A DNA stretch of 63,811 nt, counting the filler. It is 14 parts of 14 records of this genome, joined end to end, with 100 filler letters (N's around TTAATTAATTAA, not from the genome) between each part and the next. Parts side by side here need not be neighbours in the genome. Positions count along the whole stretch, not along the records: positions 11,082 to 17,395 come from SRR15195285_4858; positions 17,496 to 24,597 come from SRR15195285_4866; 12 more parts are not named here. One strand, written 5' to 3'. A program made the translations under genes and the position numbers. The notes beneath the pieces were generated by a model. It made no database searches and was not told the DNA's origin. It worked only from the letters and a program-made list of their open reading frames with translations. How positions within the stretch are numbered: the stretch's first letter is position 1; the number at the start of each line of letters is the position of its first letter. Shown one piece after another: positions 10,982-22,555 of the stretch.

Positions 10982-11081
10982 NNNNNNNNNNNNNNNNNNN
11001 NNNNNNNNNNNNNNNNNNNNNNNNNTTAATTAATTAANNNNNNNNNNNNNNNNNNNNNNNNNNNNNNNNNNNNNNNNNNNN
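10982..11081. other. Artificial contig linker
   Basis: N44-TTAATTAATTAA-N44. Confidence 0.99.
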
Positions 11082-11549
11082 CCCAGACAATAGATGCGAT
11101 CAGAATCAAAATCATAATGAACCTCAATCGGGACGTGACGCGACGGCGGTCGCGCGGGCGGCCCAGTCGATCGATTCGTCGCGCGACGACACAATCATTG
11201 TTGTATACCCGCCGCTACGTGTACCCGATCGGTACGCTACAGTCGACTGTACCGATGTACGGTACATGTCGATGCATCCGGCACGCGTGCGCGCGCACAC
11301 CGCCGCGTCGCGCGGTCCCGCGCGGCGCGACGCGTACCGGCCGCGGCCGCGGTATGTACCGCAGGAACTCGCTGCACTGCCTGTGCACCACCCGCACCCC
11401 ACCGCTCTAGACTATAGTGGCTGTGAGCATTGGCTGCTGGCGAGTAGGGCGATGTTTATCAGAGCGAGGGCGGTTGCTGTGTACATTGGAGGAAACACAT
11501 GATTGCATTTTGTATAGGTAGAGGACACAGCGTCAATCGGTATTGAAAT

Positions 11550-13101
11550 ATGAACAACCGCCCCACAGCCAACGAATTTGAGGATCTGCTGGACGATATT
11601 CTGCCAGAGACTCCACGTGGTGGAGCCGAGGCGGACACCTTGCCAGGTGGCGTTGCGTACCGAGCGCCGGGTGATGGTGACGGAAGCGCTTCAGAGGTTC
11701 CTGCAGAGCACGCTCTAGAACCTTTCCAGCTGGCACCACCGAACGAACATGCCGCATCATCGCACAGCGATGCAAAGCAGGTGTTTATCTACGTGAACGT
11801 CTTTGCTGTCTCAGACATCGATACGGTGAATCAGACATTCAGAGCTAATTTCTTTATGCGGGCTTGCTGGGTGGAGTCGGAGCTGGGGAAATCGATCCAT
11901 CCCGAGAAAGCGTGGTCTGCACACCAGCAGGGCGACGACCTGGAGCAGTTCTGCATGGCGGAAGACGTATGGGAGCCGCGGCTGATGTTCGTAAATGCAG
12001 TAGAACCGGTTGAAAAGACCCAAGTGGAACTACGACCATGCCCATGGCGTCAGAGCCCACGTGGCGAACCAGTCCTGGAGTGGCGTGCGCATTGTCGCGG
12101 CATATTCCGCGAACGTTTCGAGTTGAAGTCGTTCCCATTCGACGTTCAGTCGCTGACTATCATGTTGTCGACACATCGTAGTCGTAGCCAGGTGTGGCTG
12201 CGAGAGGACAGCTTTAACAACACAAAAGGTGTCGTGCGAAAAGAGTTTACGGTCATGGCCGAGTTTGAGCTGGACGATCGCCCATACTTCGAGACATTGA
12301 TTGAGAATGACGTCGTACACGGTGCAGGCGCCGCCGGACGCTTTTCGTTGCTCCGCATGTATTTCGTGGCGGAAAGGCGGCACCAGTACTACCTCGTCAA
12401 TATCTGCCTTCCAATCTTCATGATCACTGCCATGGTTGCGTCAACGTTTGCTGTTCCACCTTCTCAGATCGCATCACGCCTCGGTGCGTGCGAGTATTTT
12501 CGTTTGCGTGCCGCTACGTACTCTGAACACGCGACAGCTTTCCTTGTGGCCAAGACAATTTGTGTTCAAGCAAGACAGTCTACTTGCAAATGGACTGGCA
12601 TTCCATGAAGCATACGCATTTTTCCAGTTGTCTCTGTGTGTGACAATATTGTTCTGTTCCGCTATTCTGCGTTTTGGCTGTTGATAATTATGTGCGTGGG
12701 TCTCATTGTTGTCAATCGCAGGGCTATCATTTACGCTCGTCCTCTCCTCTGTTGCCTTTAAGTTTATGGTGGCGCAAGATCTGCCACGTGTCAACTACAT
12801 GACGCTGTGTGACGTGTACTCGCTTGCAAATTTCGTCTTTCTTGCTTTTGTGGTTTTTCAAACTTTGGCGCTGGGGATACTGTGTGCTACGCAACCCAAC
12901 GAACTAAGGAGTAGTGCAGGAGACTGTCCAGCAACGGGCGATATTGGTGGTTTGGACGCGTTCGATCGAGAGAGCCAAAAGGTGTTGGGCATTGGCTTTG
13001 CACTGCTCAACACGGTGATGGTGTTGCGCGCGCTATTTGCTTTCGTTCGCGAGCAAGAGAAGGCTGAGCGGCTGAGGGAAGGCTACTGGCAGCAGAAGTA
13101 G
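11550..13101 (+). CDS. Cys-less (Pro-loop, GLIC/ELIC-like) pentameric ligand-gated ion channel subunit
   Basis: SDIDTVNQTFRANF, WEPRLMFVN, Pro-loop ELKSFPFDVQSL, pre-M1 ERRHQYY, M2 RLGLSFTLVLSSVAF and LPRVNYMTLCD. Exons 11550-12483 and 12722-13101 (intron gtgcgt...cgcag). Confidence 0.92.
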
Positions 13102-13327
13102 TGCTCTTTGGAATGCATGCTCATTAGAATGCATGCTCAGCTTTGCTCTGAGCATCACCACAGAAAGAGCTAGCATTGGGCGAGATTTTGATGTACTGCA
13201 CGCTCATCTGCACGGTGCATCTCAACGTTTCGATGCGGGTATAATGATATATGTCAGTTCAAGGGCCAGACCCGTCATTTGTCTGCCGCAAGAACGCAGG
13301 TGAGCAGGAGTCATCTGTTTGTGGCCT

Positions 13328-16300
13328 CTATATTCGACCACCAGCTAGCAATTGCTGTACAGCATCCTTTGAAGAGGCCAGTCGTCCAAACAGCGCCACT
13401 GCGCGCTGCTGTCCTTCACGGCTACGCCCCGCCGGCGTCAACACGTGCGTATTCAGATCATGCACGGCTAGCAGCTCGAGCATGTGATACTGTCCTTGGC
13501 GCGACACCTTCACTGCTGACTCGAAGGCCTCCTCCGCATCAGAAACTGACCCCTGCGTGGCTAGAATGCGGCCACGGCAGCGGTAAGCAAGTGAATTAAC
13601 CCATAGATTAGAGTCACCACCGATAGACGAGTCTGGGTCGAGGCCTTTCTTCACATATGTGAGCGCTTTCTTCGGCTGGCCGAGCAGCTCCAGCATTAAA
13701 GCGCCCCAGGTGGGCGAACAATGCGCGCAGAAGTTGCCGTGGTGATGACCACGGCCGCCATCGTGGCCTGGAGTCAGCTGCCCAAAGGATGACAACGTAT
13801 CAGCGTCTGGCATGTCGTCCACGTTGCCACCTGAAGGCAGGCCTTTAGACAACAGCACCCACATCTCCTTGAAGTGCCACTCAAGGCTCTTCACCTCGCA
13901 GAAGCCTCCTTCCGCATCTTCAGCACGTGCCCGGAGCCACGGCATCTTCTCAGCCCACCGGTCTAGAGTATCTCCGACTCGCGACCAGTCGCACCCAAGA
14001 CTACGCAGGAGCTCAAGACCCTCCTCGTGTCGGTTGCAGAGGTATAGGCCTTGCGGGAGGTGGCAGGCTGCCCACACCATATCCATTGAGCCGTCTGCAC
14101 TTGGGGCTTGAATGAATCCTTGCAGGCATTCTAGCGTCTTGTCCATTGTTTTGCCTGCAGCTGAGAGGTTGCCCCAGTGTGCGAAAAGCGGAAATCCATG
14201 ACCCCATCCACTTAGCATTGGGTCAAATTGGATGCATTCGTAGATTCTTTCATGCATCGACAATTCGTACGTCTCGGCCGCCTCGATGAGCAGCGCACCT
14301 TTTTCGCCAAATATTCCCTCGTAATTGAAGTCTGGACACCGCGCGCAGCAATCTAGCATAACCCAATTGAAACATACGGCCATATTCAGATAAATCGCAC
14401 GATTTTCAGTCCCAGGAAGTTCGTTGCTAGCGACATCATTGCAGAAGTTGGCCATTTTTATACACTGTTTGCCAAGAGCGATCTCCGAGCCCGAGACTCC
14501 GTTGTGCTCGACGAGCAGCTTGGGGTAGAACTCGATCATGATCATGACCGTGAACACAGCCTCGGCACTCGTGGAAGCTGCACCACTTTCAATCAAAGCA
14601 TCCAGTCTTGGCTTGTAGACCGGTAGATCAACGGGATTGAACATTTTGATGATTAAGATGATGTTGGAACACATCACCTGGTCACGTTCGAACGTGTTCT
14701 CGGCCTGCTCGAGCGCTGCCACACAAGCTATCAACTGCTCGCGCCCCGAGCCCGTCCCCGACGTGCCACGCAGAGACTTAGCAGCTGCAGACCAGCGTAA
14801 ACCAGCTGCCCACCAGTCACCATTTTCCTGCGCGCGCTCTGCAAGCTGCTGTACACGCTCAGGGCCCAGAAAGCGCGCGCAAGCCACTGGCAGCGCGTCC
14901 TGCTGTCCTGTGAAGTCGTCTAGCCAAGTAATTGCTTGCTCATCTTCGTCCCATTCGTCTGTAGCCCAGGCACAGCGGACATGGTGTTCCATTTCAGTGA
15001 AGACATATTTGCTCAACTTGTCCACCGTCGCCATCTCCCGGTCCCATCCACACAGCCCGTCAATCGAGATTCCTGACGCTCTTAGTGTTGCTTCATGCTT
15101 CCGAATCATTGTACTCGGAACTCTGGCTTGTTTTGGGTTTGTTAAATCGGTTGACGAGCACACTAGGCCCTGCGCCTGCAATTTCTCTGCTTCTTCTGAT
15201 CCAGTCCCTAGCGCACGAAAGGAGATGTTTGAGCTCGTGAACGTTATTAACGCCAAAGTTTTTGATAACGTCACTCCAACGACACAGGATACTCGCGAGC
15301 TCGTGCCGCACTTTTCGAACAGAGCTCTGAGCTCATCAACTCCCAAGGTGCCACCTCGATTGTAGCCACTGACATCGCACAAAACCGTTGCATCTCTCAT
15401 AGCCACATCGCGAACCGGTCGCTGCTCCCGGAACAGTTCAATCATGTTCCGGTGAGCTGCTTGCAGCTCTTCGACTGTATGCATGGACATGCTGAAGTCG
15501 AGCAAGATATCGTGTAAAGAAGGTTGGTCCAGGGGTGGAAGCACGAGGTTACGATCAATCAGCATTTTTAGCCAACGGCGAATCTGTTTGAGTGCTATTG
15601 GTTTACCACTCCCGTGTTGTGCTTGAAACATGAATGCGAGAGCCTCCAGTGGCACGGACGAGTCCTCAGGTGCAAGTCCGAAGCACTTGAACAGGCTTCG
15701 TGCTCCTTCTGCGTGCGGGCCCTGAATCGATCTCAAGCTCGTTTTGATTAGGTTGTCCTCTGCCGATCGCATCTCGCCGCCAGCATCGAATTCGTCTCGA
15801 ATCATCTCCAGCACTCCGTCCCAATCTCCTTGCAACGACATATCCTTCAGTAGGCGGCCTGCGATGTTGACTGTCAAAGGAAGCCGTTTGCAGAGCCGAA
15901 CAATTTCGACCGCGGCCTGTGGAACTTCATCAGTCGTCTCTAAGCCAGCTGAAGCAAGCAACATCTTTTGCGCGTCTTCTTCAGATGGCATGCCTATCTC
16001 AACCAGCTCACAGGAATCAATGGAACCCTTCACTCGGCTAGAAATGAGCACGCGAGAGGTCGTGTCTGCATCTATGAAATTGAACGGCGTCTCGTGCGCT
16101 GGATCCCACAGGTCGTCTAGTACAAGTATGATCTCTTTACCCGCCATCGCCTCGGTCAGCATCTTTTGAGTTTCTTCTTCGCTACTCGTACCTAGTACAC
16201 TGCCAGTAAGCTGCATATACAGGCTTCTCTGACACTTTTCGAGCAAGGGTGCGTGGCCTAATGTCACCCAGACTACATAATTGAAGCGCGAGCGGATGTC

Positions 16301-17395
16301 GGGAGTGCGACATAACCAAGCACTCGTAGTTGTCTTTCCAACGCCACCTGTGCCACCAAAAACACATTGTCAACGTCACGCGTCAGTAGTGGCTGAGCTC
16401 TCTGCGTTGCAAAACCGCAGATTAGTGTTTGGGAAGCGCTCACCTATGCCGTAAAACCCCACTTTCGGAGACGAAGTCTTGCAAACAACATCCACGAGAG
16501 TCTTCATGGAGTCAGAGACTCGGATTTCAGTCGGAATTTGAGGAACAGCTGACGGTAGTTTGGCCTGCCCATCGCTGGGTGCGTCAGCTGCTGGCTGATC
16601 AGTAGGCTCCTCTTTGCGCAATCTCTCCAGCTCTTCACGCATAGAGTCGACTGAGAACAGCCCATCTTCGTCTTCTTCAATTTCTTCCTCTTCAGTGGGC
16701 ACAGCTAATTTAATTTGCGCAAGGACATTTTTGACGTTGGCAGAAAACGAATCGTCATTCAGAAGGGGAGTCCACAATGCTCCAGCTGTGAGGATTCCAA
16801 GCCATCCTGTCGCTCGCCAGCCAGATCGTGGATCTTCCAACATGATTGGAATCACAGGTACGCCTGACTGTTTAGCAAATTTCAGTTCCAGCCTGCAATT
16901 TTCACTGTCTTGATAAGCACTGGACATGAAACAGAGCACCACTGCAGCGCCTTGAACCCCTTCAGCCATGCTATCATAGATATCGCGCTGCATACCACCG
17001 TCGATATCCATCCAGCATTTCACTCCAGCAGCTTGCAGATCCTTGCGAGCCCTCGAGACGAGGTCCTGGTGATCCCACTGGTACGATAGCATGGCCCACT
17101 TGTCTCCAACAATGACTGTCTTCTTTACCGCGCCGGAGCTATTTTTCGCACGCCCCCGCTTTTTCTTGAGCAATGCTTCCAGATCCTCTTGAGGCTCTTC
17201 AAGCTCTTCTGCACCGCCGAAATGTGGACGGCCTTTGTGCGACTTCTGCGCAGTGGACGCTTGAACCACGTTCTTAGTTGTACCTGTTGGCGCTGTACGC
17301 GTCGGTCCACGACGGAAGGGGCTCGATACTGGAGGCTGACCAGGATCCATATGCGCTGACTCCATCGCAGACGAAGCGCCGACAATCAGCTCGAT
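13328..17395 (-). CDS. TIR - NB-ARC (STAND) - TPR-like NLR-type protein, possibly 5' partial
   Basis: TIR (AMLSYQWDHQ...CWMDI...SENCRLELKFA). Removing intron 16348-16443 restores P-loop GIGGVGKTT. Walker B LVLDDLWD, RNBS-B VLISSR, CKRLPL, LHD and a helical TPR-like C-terminus follow. An ATG is at 17365 but the frame is open to the contig edge. Confidence 0.9.
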
Positions 17396-17495
17396 NNNNN
17401 NNNNNNNNNNNNNNNNNNNNNNNNNNNNNNNNNNNNNNNTTAATTAATTAANNNNNNNNNNNNNNNNNNNNNNNNNNNNNNNNNNNNNNNNNNNN
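17396..17495. other. Artificial contig linker
   Basis: N44-TTAATTAATTAA-N44. Confidence 0.99.
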
Positions 17496-17659
17496 CAACC
17501 TGGGTACATGCATTCGAAGACCGCGGATCGTTTCTGGGGCGCCCTCGCGTGTGGCGGGTCTATGCGCGCGCGCCGCGGCGCGCGCGCCGGCGCATCGCAC
17601 GCAGGCCTAAAGGGCGTCGACGGCGCCGGGCGCCGACAGTTCGCTCGTGCTGGTGCAGC

Positions 17660-20474
17660 ATGGAGCACCACGACCAGATGCGTGTTCGCGCGCGCCTCGC
17701 GGGGCTGCTGGACCATCTGTCATTGACTCACTCACCGTCAGTTTCCTGCTCTGCCGCCGGGGCTGTCACTACTGAGCTGCTGGACGAGACCATCGCACTG
17801 TCGATCCCTCCGAGAGGCGTCGACCTGGCGGAGGACGAGCAGGCGGTGCTCCGCGCGCGGTGCGCCGCAGTAGAGGCGCGCCTGAAGGCTTTCCAGGAGC
17901 ATGATTTGCATGCTGATATCGCTATTGTGCCAAAGGCGATCAAACTTGCGCTGAAGTACCACGAATTCTACGACCAGCGCCCGGTGGTCCAGCGCTGGAT
18001 CGATACCAACATTGAAGGCCCCTCTGGGAAGGCCCTCACGCCTGAGCGCAAAGCAGAGCTCGAAGCCATGATCGCCAAGATGCCGAGCGCAACCGCATCC
18101 GCTGACGACTGCCTCGCAATGGCGGAAGCACGGCTCACCGAACTCGAAACAAATGTGCAGTCCGTGAGCTGGACTGCAGGCACTGCAGCTGCCTCCGCGC
18201 CATACAGTCATGGCTGCGTAGTTCGTGGGTACACCAGTGTGGTCGATGGGAGCCCGCAGCCGTACGGTCTAGAGCTCCCGCCAGAACTTCCGCCACACGG
18301 CCAGACCGTCCCGCTTTACGTGTGGCTCCATGGGCGCGGGGCACAGTCTACTGATATACACTTCATCCGCGAGCGTATGCGATCGCGTGGCAACATGTCG
18401 CCGTCTGACGGTGGTATTGTTCTTCATCCGTTTGGACGGCAATGCATTGGGTACAAAAGCGCTGGTGCAATCGATGTTCTTCATGCTATCGAGGATGTGA
18501 AGGCCAAGTACCCAATCGACCCCGACCGGGTTGTGCTGTACACTCTCCGGCGCAAAAGATCGGATTCTAGGTTGTCGGCATCCTGTTTGGTGAGAACTAA
18601 ACGCGTGGAATGTGCCGCGATTGCAGGTACGGCTTTTCCATGGGTGGTGCAGGATCGTGGTCGATTGGTGCACACTATCCGGGGCTCTGGGCTGCAGTGC
18701 AGCCGGGTGCTGGATTTGCCGAGACCTACCACTTCTATGATGACGAGTCTCGCCCACAGGATGGGCCCTCAGGGGAATTCGGGGAACCTTCCCTGATGCC
18801 GCCGGAAGGACCAATACATGGCAGCGTCCATGTCCGCGATCTACCCAGTTACGAGGTGGCTTTGTGTAAGTTTGTCTCCTCGGAACAGTGATTGGAAACT
18901 TGTTGTCGGTGGACATCGCATGCTGACTCGTCTATCCACAGGGGGAGAGGGCGACGCAACTGCGTACGTGCGCAATCTGTTCAACGTTCCGGTCATTGCG
19001 TACAGCGGCGAAAACGATCGCCAGCTCCAGGCGTCGCGCGTGATGGAAGAGGCCTACGCTCGAGAGGGCATGCACCTTCCACACCTCATCGGACCGGGTA
19101 TGGGCCACGCGGTACGCATAGCATCCTTGTGCAGTGTGAGATCACCAGTCGAGGACAACTAGCGTGCTCAGCTGCTGTCACCTGAGTACACCGTTCTCTG
19201 CAACCTTTGCTGCCATTAGATTCATCCAGACACCAAAGAGGAGCTGCTGAGGCGACTAGAGGCAGAAGTGCGGAAGGGTAGGGACACAGACCCCGATTCG
19301 ATCAGCCTGCAAACTCGTACCCTTCGATACAACAGTTGTCACTGGCTCTCGATTGATGCGCTCGGAGAGCACTGGGTTGATGCGAGACTCGATGCGGAGC
19401 GAGTGGACTACACATACGCCACAGAACTATCTGCCAAAACCCAGCTCGTGGTGACTGCCAGCAACATCCGCGCGTTCAGCGCTTCGCCGTTCCTGGACAT
19501 GGATGGGGCAACCATTTCAATCAATGGCCAAACGGTCTTGCAGCCGACGGGCCTGGAGTGTCCGATTAAGAAGGCCATGTTTGTGCTGGACGACGCCGGG
19601 AACTGGTTGTGGATCGAACCAACAGCGTCAGGTCTGCCACCACCACCTCTGGGGCTAGGCCAGCTCCAAAAGTCTCACCTGCTGCAAGGCCCGATTGATG
19701 ACGCTTTCTACGAACCCTTTATTGTGGTCACGCCCACTGGCACCACTCCGGGCTGCCCTGCCGTCGACGTGTACCTTCTCCGGCCAATCCACATTTATCG
19801 CAACGCACCTTTCGTCCACCCCACACCCACTTCCCCTTCCCATCGTCGACTCTGAATCGTTTTTCATACTCGGCGGATCGGAGCAGGTATATTGAGTTTG
19901 AGCTGGCTCATTTCATCCGTCGCTGGGAGGCGGTGTTTCGTGGTCATCTTCGGATCATGAAAGACACAGAGATCAATCAAGACCAGCTGCGTCGGTTCAA
20001 CCTGATCCTGTTTGGGACTCCTGAGTCTAACGCTCATGTCGCAAACGTGTTCAATCGGACTGGGCGCATGGCGCTGCCTATCGGATGGTCTGAGGGGACA
20101 GTCCGTGTCGGAAACGAGAGTTATGATGCCGGTGCGCCCGCTGCTTGCTCACCAGTACTTGGCCTGACCCAGCAACAGCCATTCTGACAACTCCGTGCAT
20201 TGTTGTCGACCGTGTGTTGTGCGCGTGCGCAGCGACGCACGTCCCTAGCCTAGTCTACCCGTCGTGCTTTTCCGACTACGATGTGCTTGGGCACTACGTG
20301 GTTGTCAACTCTGGGGTCACTTCACGCGAGGGACATGACCACAATAATTCCCTGCAGAATCCGCATTTGCCTGACTGGGCGGTCGTTGACATCACCTGTC
20401 CACCAACGCGACTTAGCCCAGGGCGCGTTGTGGCCGCAGATTTCTTTGACGAAAGCTGGAAAATCAAACAGTAG
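17660..20474 (+). CDS. Bacterial-type alpha/beta hydrolase (peptidase S9/esterase-like), 6 exons
   Basis: [18 protein letters not shown], nucleophile GFSMGG, YSGEND and GPGMGH. Introns 18538-18626, 18866-18941, 19112-19219, 19771-19886 and 20132-20232 all join in frame. Confidence 0.88.
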
Positions 20475-20614
20475 AAACGGCACGAGTGCCTAGAAGTAGT
20501 ACATGTACCCACGCGTCGATCCTACTACTAGTAGAATGCATTCAATCGGCTCGCATACGGCCATAGCGGTGCCCACATGTCTCACCTCGATTGTCAGTGG
20601 CAATGCATTGTCAT

Positions 20615-20660
20615 CATTCACCGACATCTTGTTGGTTCATTCACCGACATCTTGTTGGTT
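20615..20660. repeat. Perfect 23-bp tandem duplication
   Basis: cattcaccgacatcttgttggtt x2. Confidence 0.9.
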
Positions 20661-21255
20661 GGTTGTGTCAAGCTTTTCGTGAAGTTGCCTACAACCGCAA
20701 AGCACTGCGCGAAAGGGCTGTCCGCGAAGACGTTCCTTGTCAGAGATCGAAGCGCTCACAAGCTAGACGACTTTGCGCTGTCGTGGGGCCGTTTGTGGGC
20801 ATTGCGGTTTTCCCGGGTGCATTTTGCATGTAAAGTTGTATGTAAATTTGCGCACAGCGTACGGTACGTGTCGTCCATGGTGTCGGACCCGTCGCGCTCG
20901 TCGTCAATCTGGGCACTGCCCAAGATACCGAAAAGTCGTACTGATTATGGAGCGGCGAAGGGTTGAAATTCACTGTCCAGTATGACAAAGTTACATTCTC
21001 AGAAAAACAATAGTCAATACGAGTTGCTTCTATTCATATATCGTATACAGTATATGTTCAATCATTTCACAAATGCGAATTTCTTTGGAAGTGCAAAATC
21101 ATCATTTATATGGGCGAGCCGCGACGACGACGCGCGCGACGCGTTTATACGTACACGCATATCGCAGCGCGCCGGTCCCGCGGCGGGCGTCGGACAGCTT
21201 GTAGGGCTTGCGCCAGCGCAACCGACGAACACTCAGGGTGCCTCGCGAGCTCGCG

Positions 21256-22281
21256 ATGATGAGACTGATTCTTGCCGGCTCTGCGCTTCTCGGCAGCGTG
21301 GCCGCTATGCCGCACGCTCTCAACGCGAGCGTGCCGAACATGCCCACCACCTGCCCGACGACTTTGCCAGCTGGCAAGCACACCATTCCGCTGACTGTGA
21401 CAGACCCAGGGGGCGCGCAGTGGGCGCGGAGCTTTGAAGTATATGTGCCCGAAGAGATCGATCCCGCTGAGGCGCGTCCGGCGATCGTCAACTGGCATGG
21501 CTGCGGCAGCGACCCGGAGAAGTTTGAAGAGGAGAGCGAGCTGGATCAGCGGGTGGGTCGGTTCGGGTTTTACTCCATCTACCCGCGTGGGACGAGCCGT
21601 AATCTCGAGCCGAGCGATCAGCCCACGTGCAACTCCGACGACCCTGGGATCAGCTGCGGGTGGAATGCAGGGACAAGCCCGGGTGGGTGCCAGACACCGA
21701 CCAACCCCGCTCCGGATGACGTCAACTTCGCGCAGCAGATCGTTTTGTGGATGCGCAACAACCTCTGTGTCGACATGGATCGAATCTTCATCAGTGGTTT
21801 CTCCAACGGCGGGCAAATGGCCTACCGCCTAAATTGCGAGCTCAGCCAGCTCTTTGCGGGGGTGGCCACGAACGGCATGAACTCAGGCGTGTGGACACCT
21901 GGGCTTCCGAACTGCCAGCCACAGAGGCCGATCCCGGCGATTAACTTCTGCGGCTCCACCGACTTTGTCAATTGCTTTGGACCGGAGGGCGCCACACTGC
22001 TGCTGCAGACCGAGGCGTTTGCCCTCCACGCCGGGTGCACTGGTCTACCCGTCCGCAACGAGCTCTCCTCGACTTCGTTCTGCTTTGCGGCTACGGACTG
22101 CCCGGCAGGACTGCCCGTGCAAGGCTGCGGGATCGTCGGACTTGGTCACTGCTGGCCAAACTTTCCGGGTGCAGGTAATCCAGAATGCCAGAACCAGAAT
22201 CCAGCAAACATGGACGCGTCGCTGCACCTGCTTGATTTCTTCAACTCGCTGCCCCCAGGCTCCTCGTGGGACAAGAAATGA
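21256..22281 (+). CDS. Secreted PHB-depolymerase/feruloyl-esterase (LpqC-like) alpha/beta hydrolase
   Basis: Signal peptide, NWHGCG, YPRG, DDVNF, CVDMDRIFISGFSNGG and GLGHCWP. Intronless. Confidence 0.88.
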   Translation: MMRLILAGSALLGSVAAMPHALNASVPNMPTTCPTTLPAGKHTIPLTVTDPGGAQWARSFEVYVPEEIDPAEARPAIVNWHGCGSDPEKFEEESELDQRVGRFGFYSIYPRGTSRNLEPSDQPTCNSDDPGISCGWNAGTSPGGCQTPTNPAPDDVNFAQQIVLWMRNNLCVDMDRIFISGFSNGGQMAYRLNCELSQLFAGVATNGMNSGVWTPGLPNCQPQRPIPAINFCGSTDFVNCFGPEGATLLLQTEAFALHAGCTGLPVRNELSSTSFCFAATDCPAGLPVQGCGIVGLGHCWPNFPGAGNPECQNQNPANMDASLHLLDFFNSLPPGSSWDKK

Positions 22282-22555
22282 GTCACTTGACGGGCATGAG
22301 CTTGGTCTTGTCTCCAACTGAGGTAGCTACGTGGCTTCAATTGCCAGATGGGATGTACTTGAGCTTTTTGTGTATACGCGGATTGAATGGACGTGGGTGC
22401 ATAGGGTTTGATCATTCACGAGCAGTTTGTGTTGACATTTGCTAAGCAGTCAGCGGAGCTCGTCGTCGTATCGTGTTCTGAACTGCGACAGTTCGAGTAC
22501 AGGGCGAGACTAGGCTGCAACGCTGTGTCCACATTCGTAGTGAGCTGTGCTGGCA

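Noticed and set aside
18538-19886. Similar 5' ends of hydrolase introns 1 and 4 (GTACACTCTCCGGC / GTACCTTCTCCGGC) as a second introner pair
   Set aside because: The similarity covers only about 14 nt including the donor, and the intron bodies do not align.
20577-20990. Small gene between the two hydrolases
   Set aside because: Only short ORFs without motifs or a convincing exon chain; a small spliced gene cannot be excluded.
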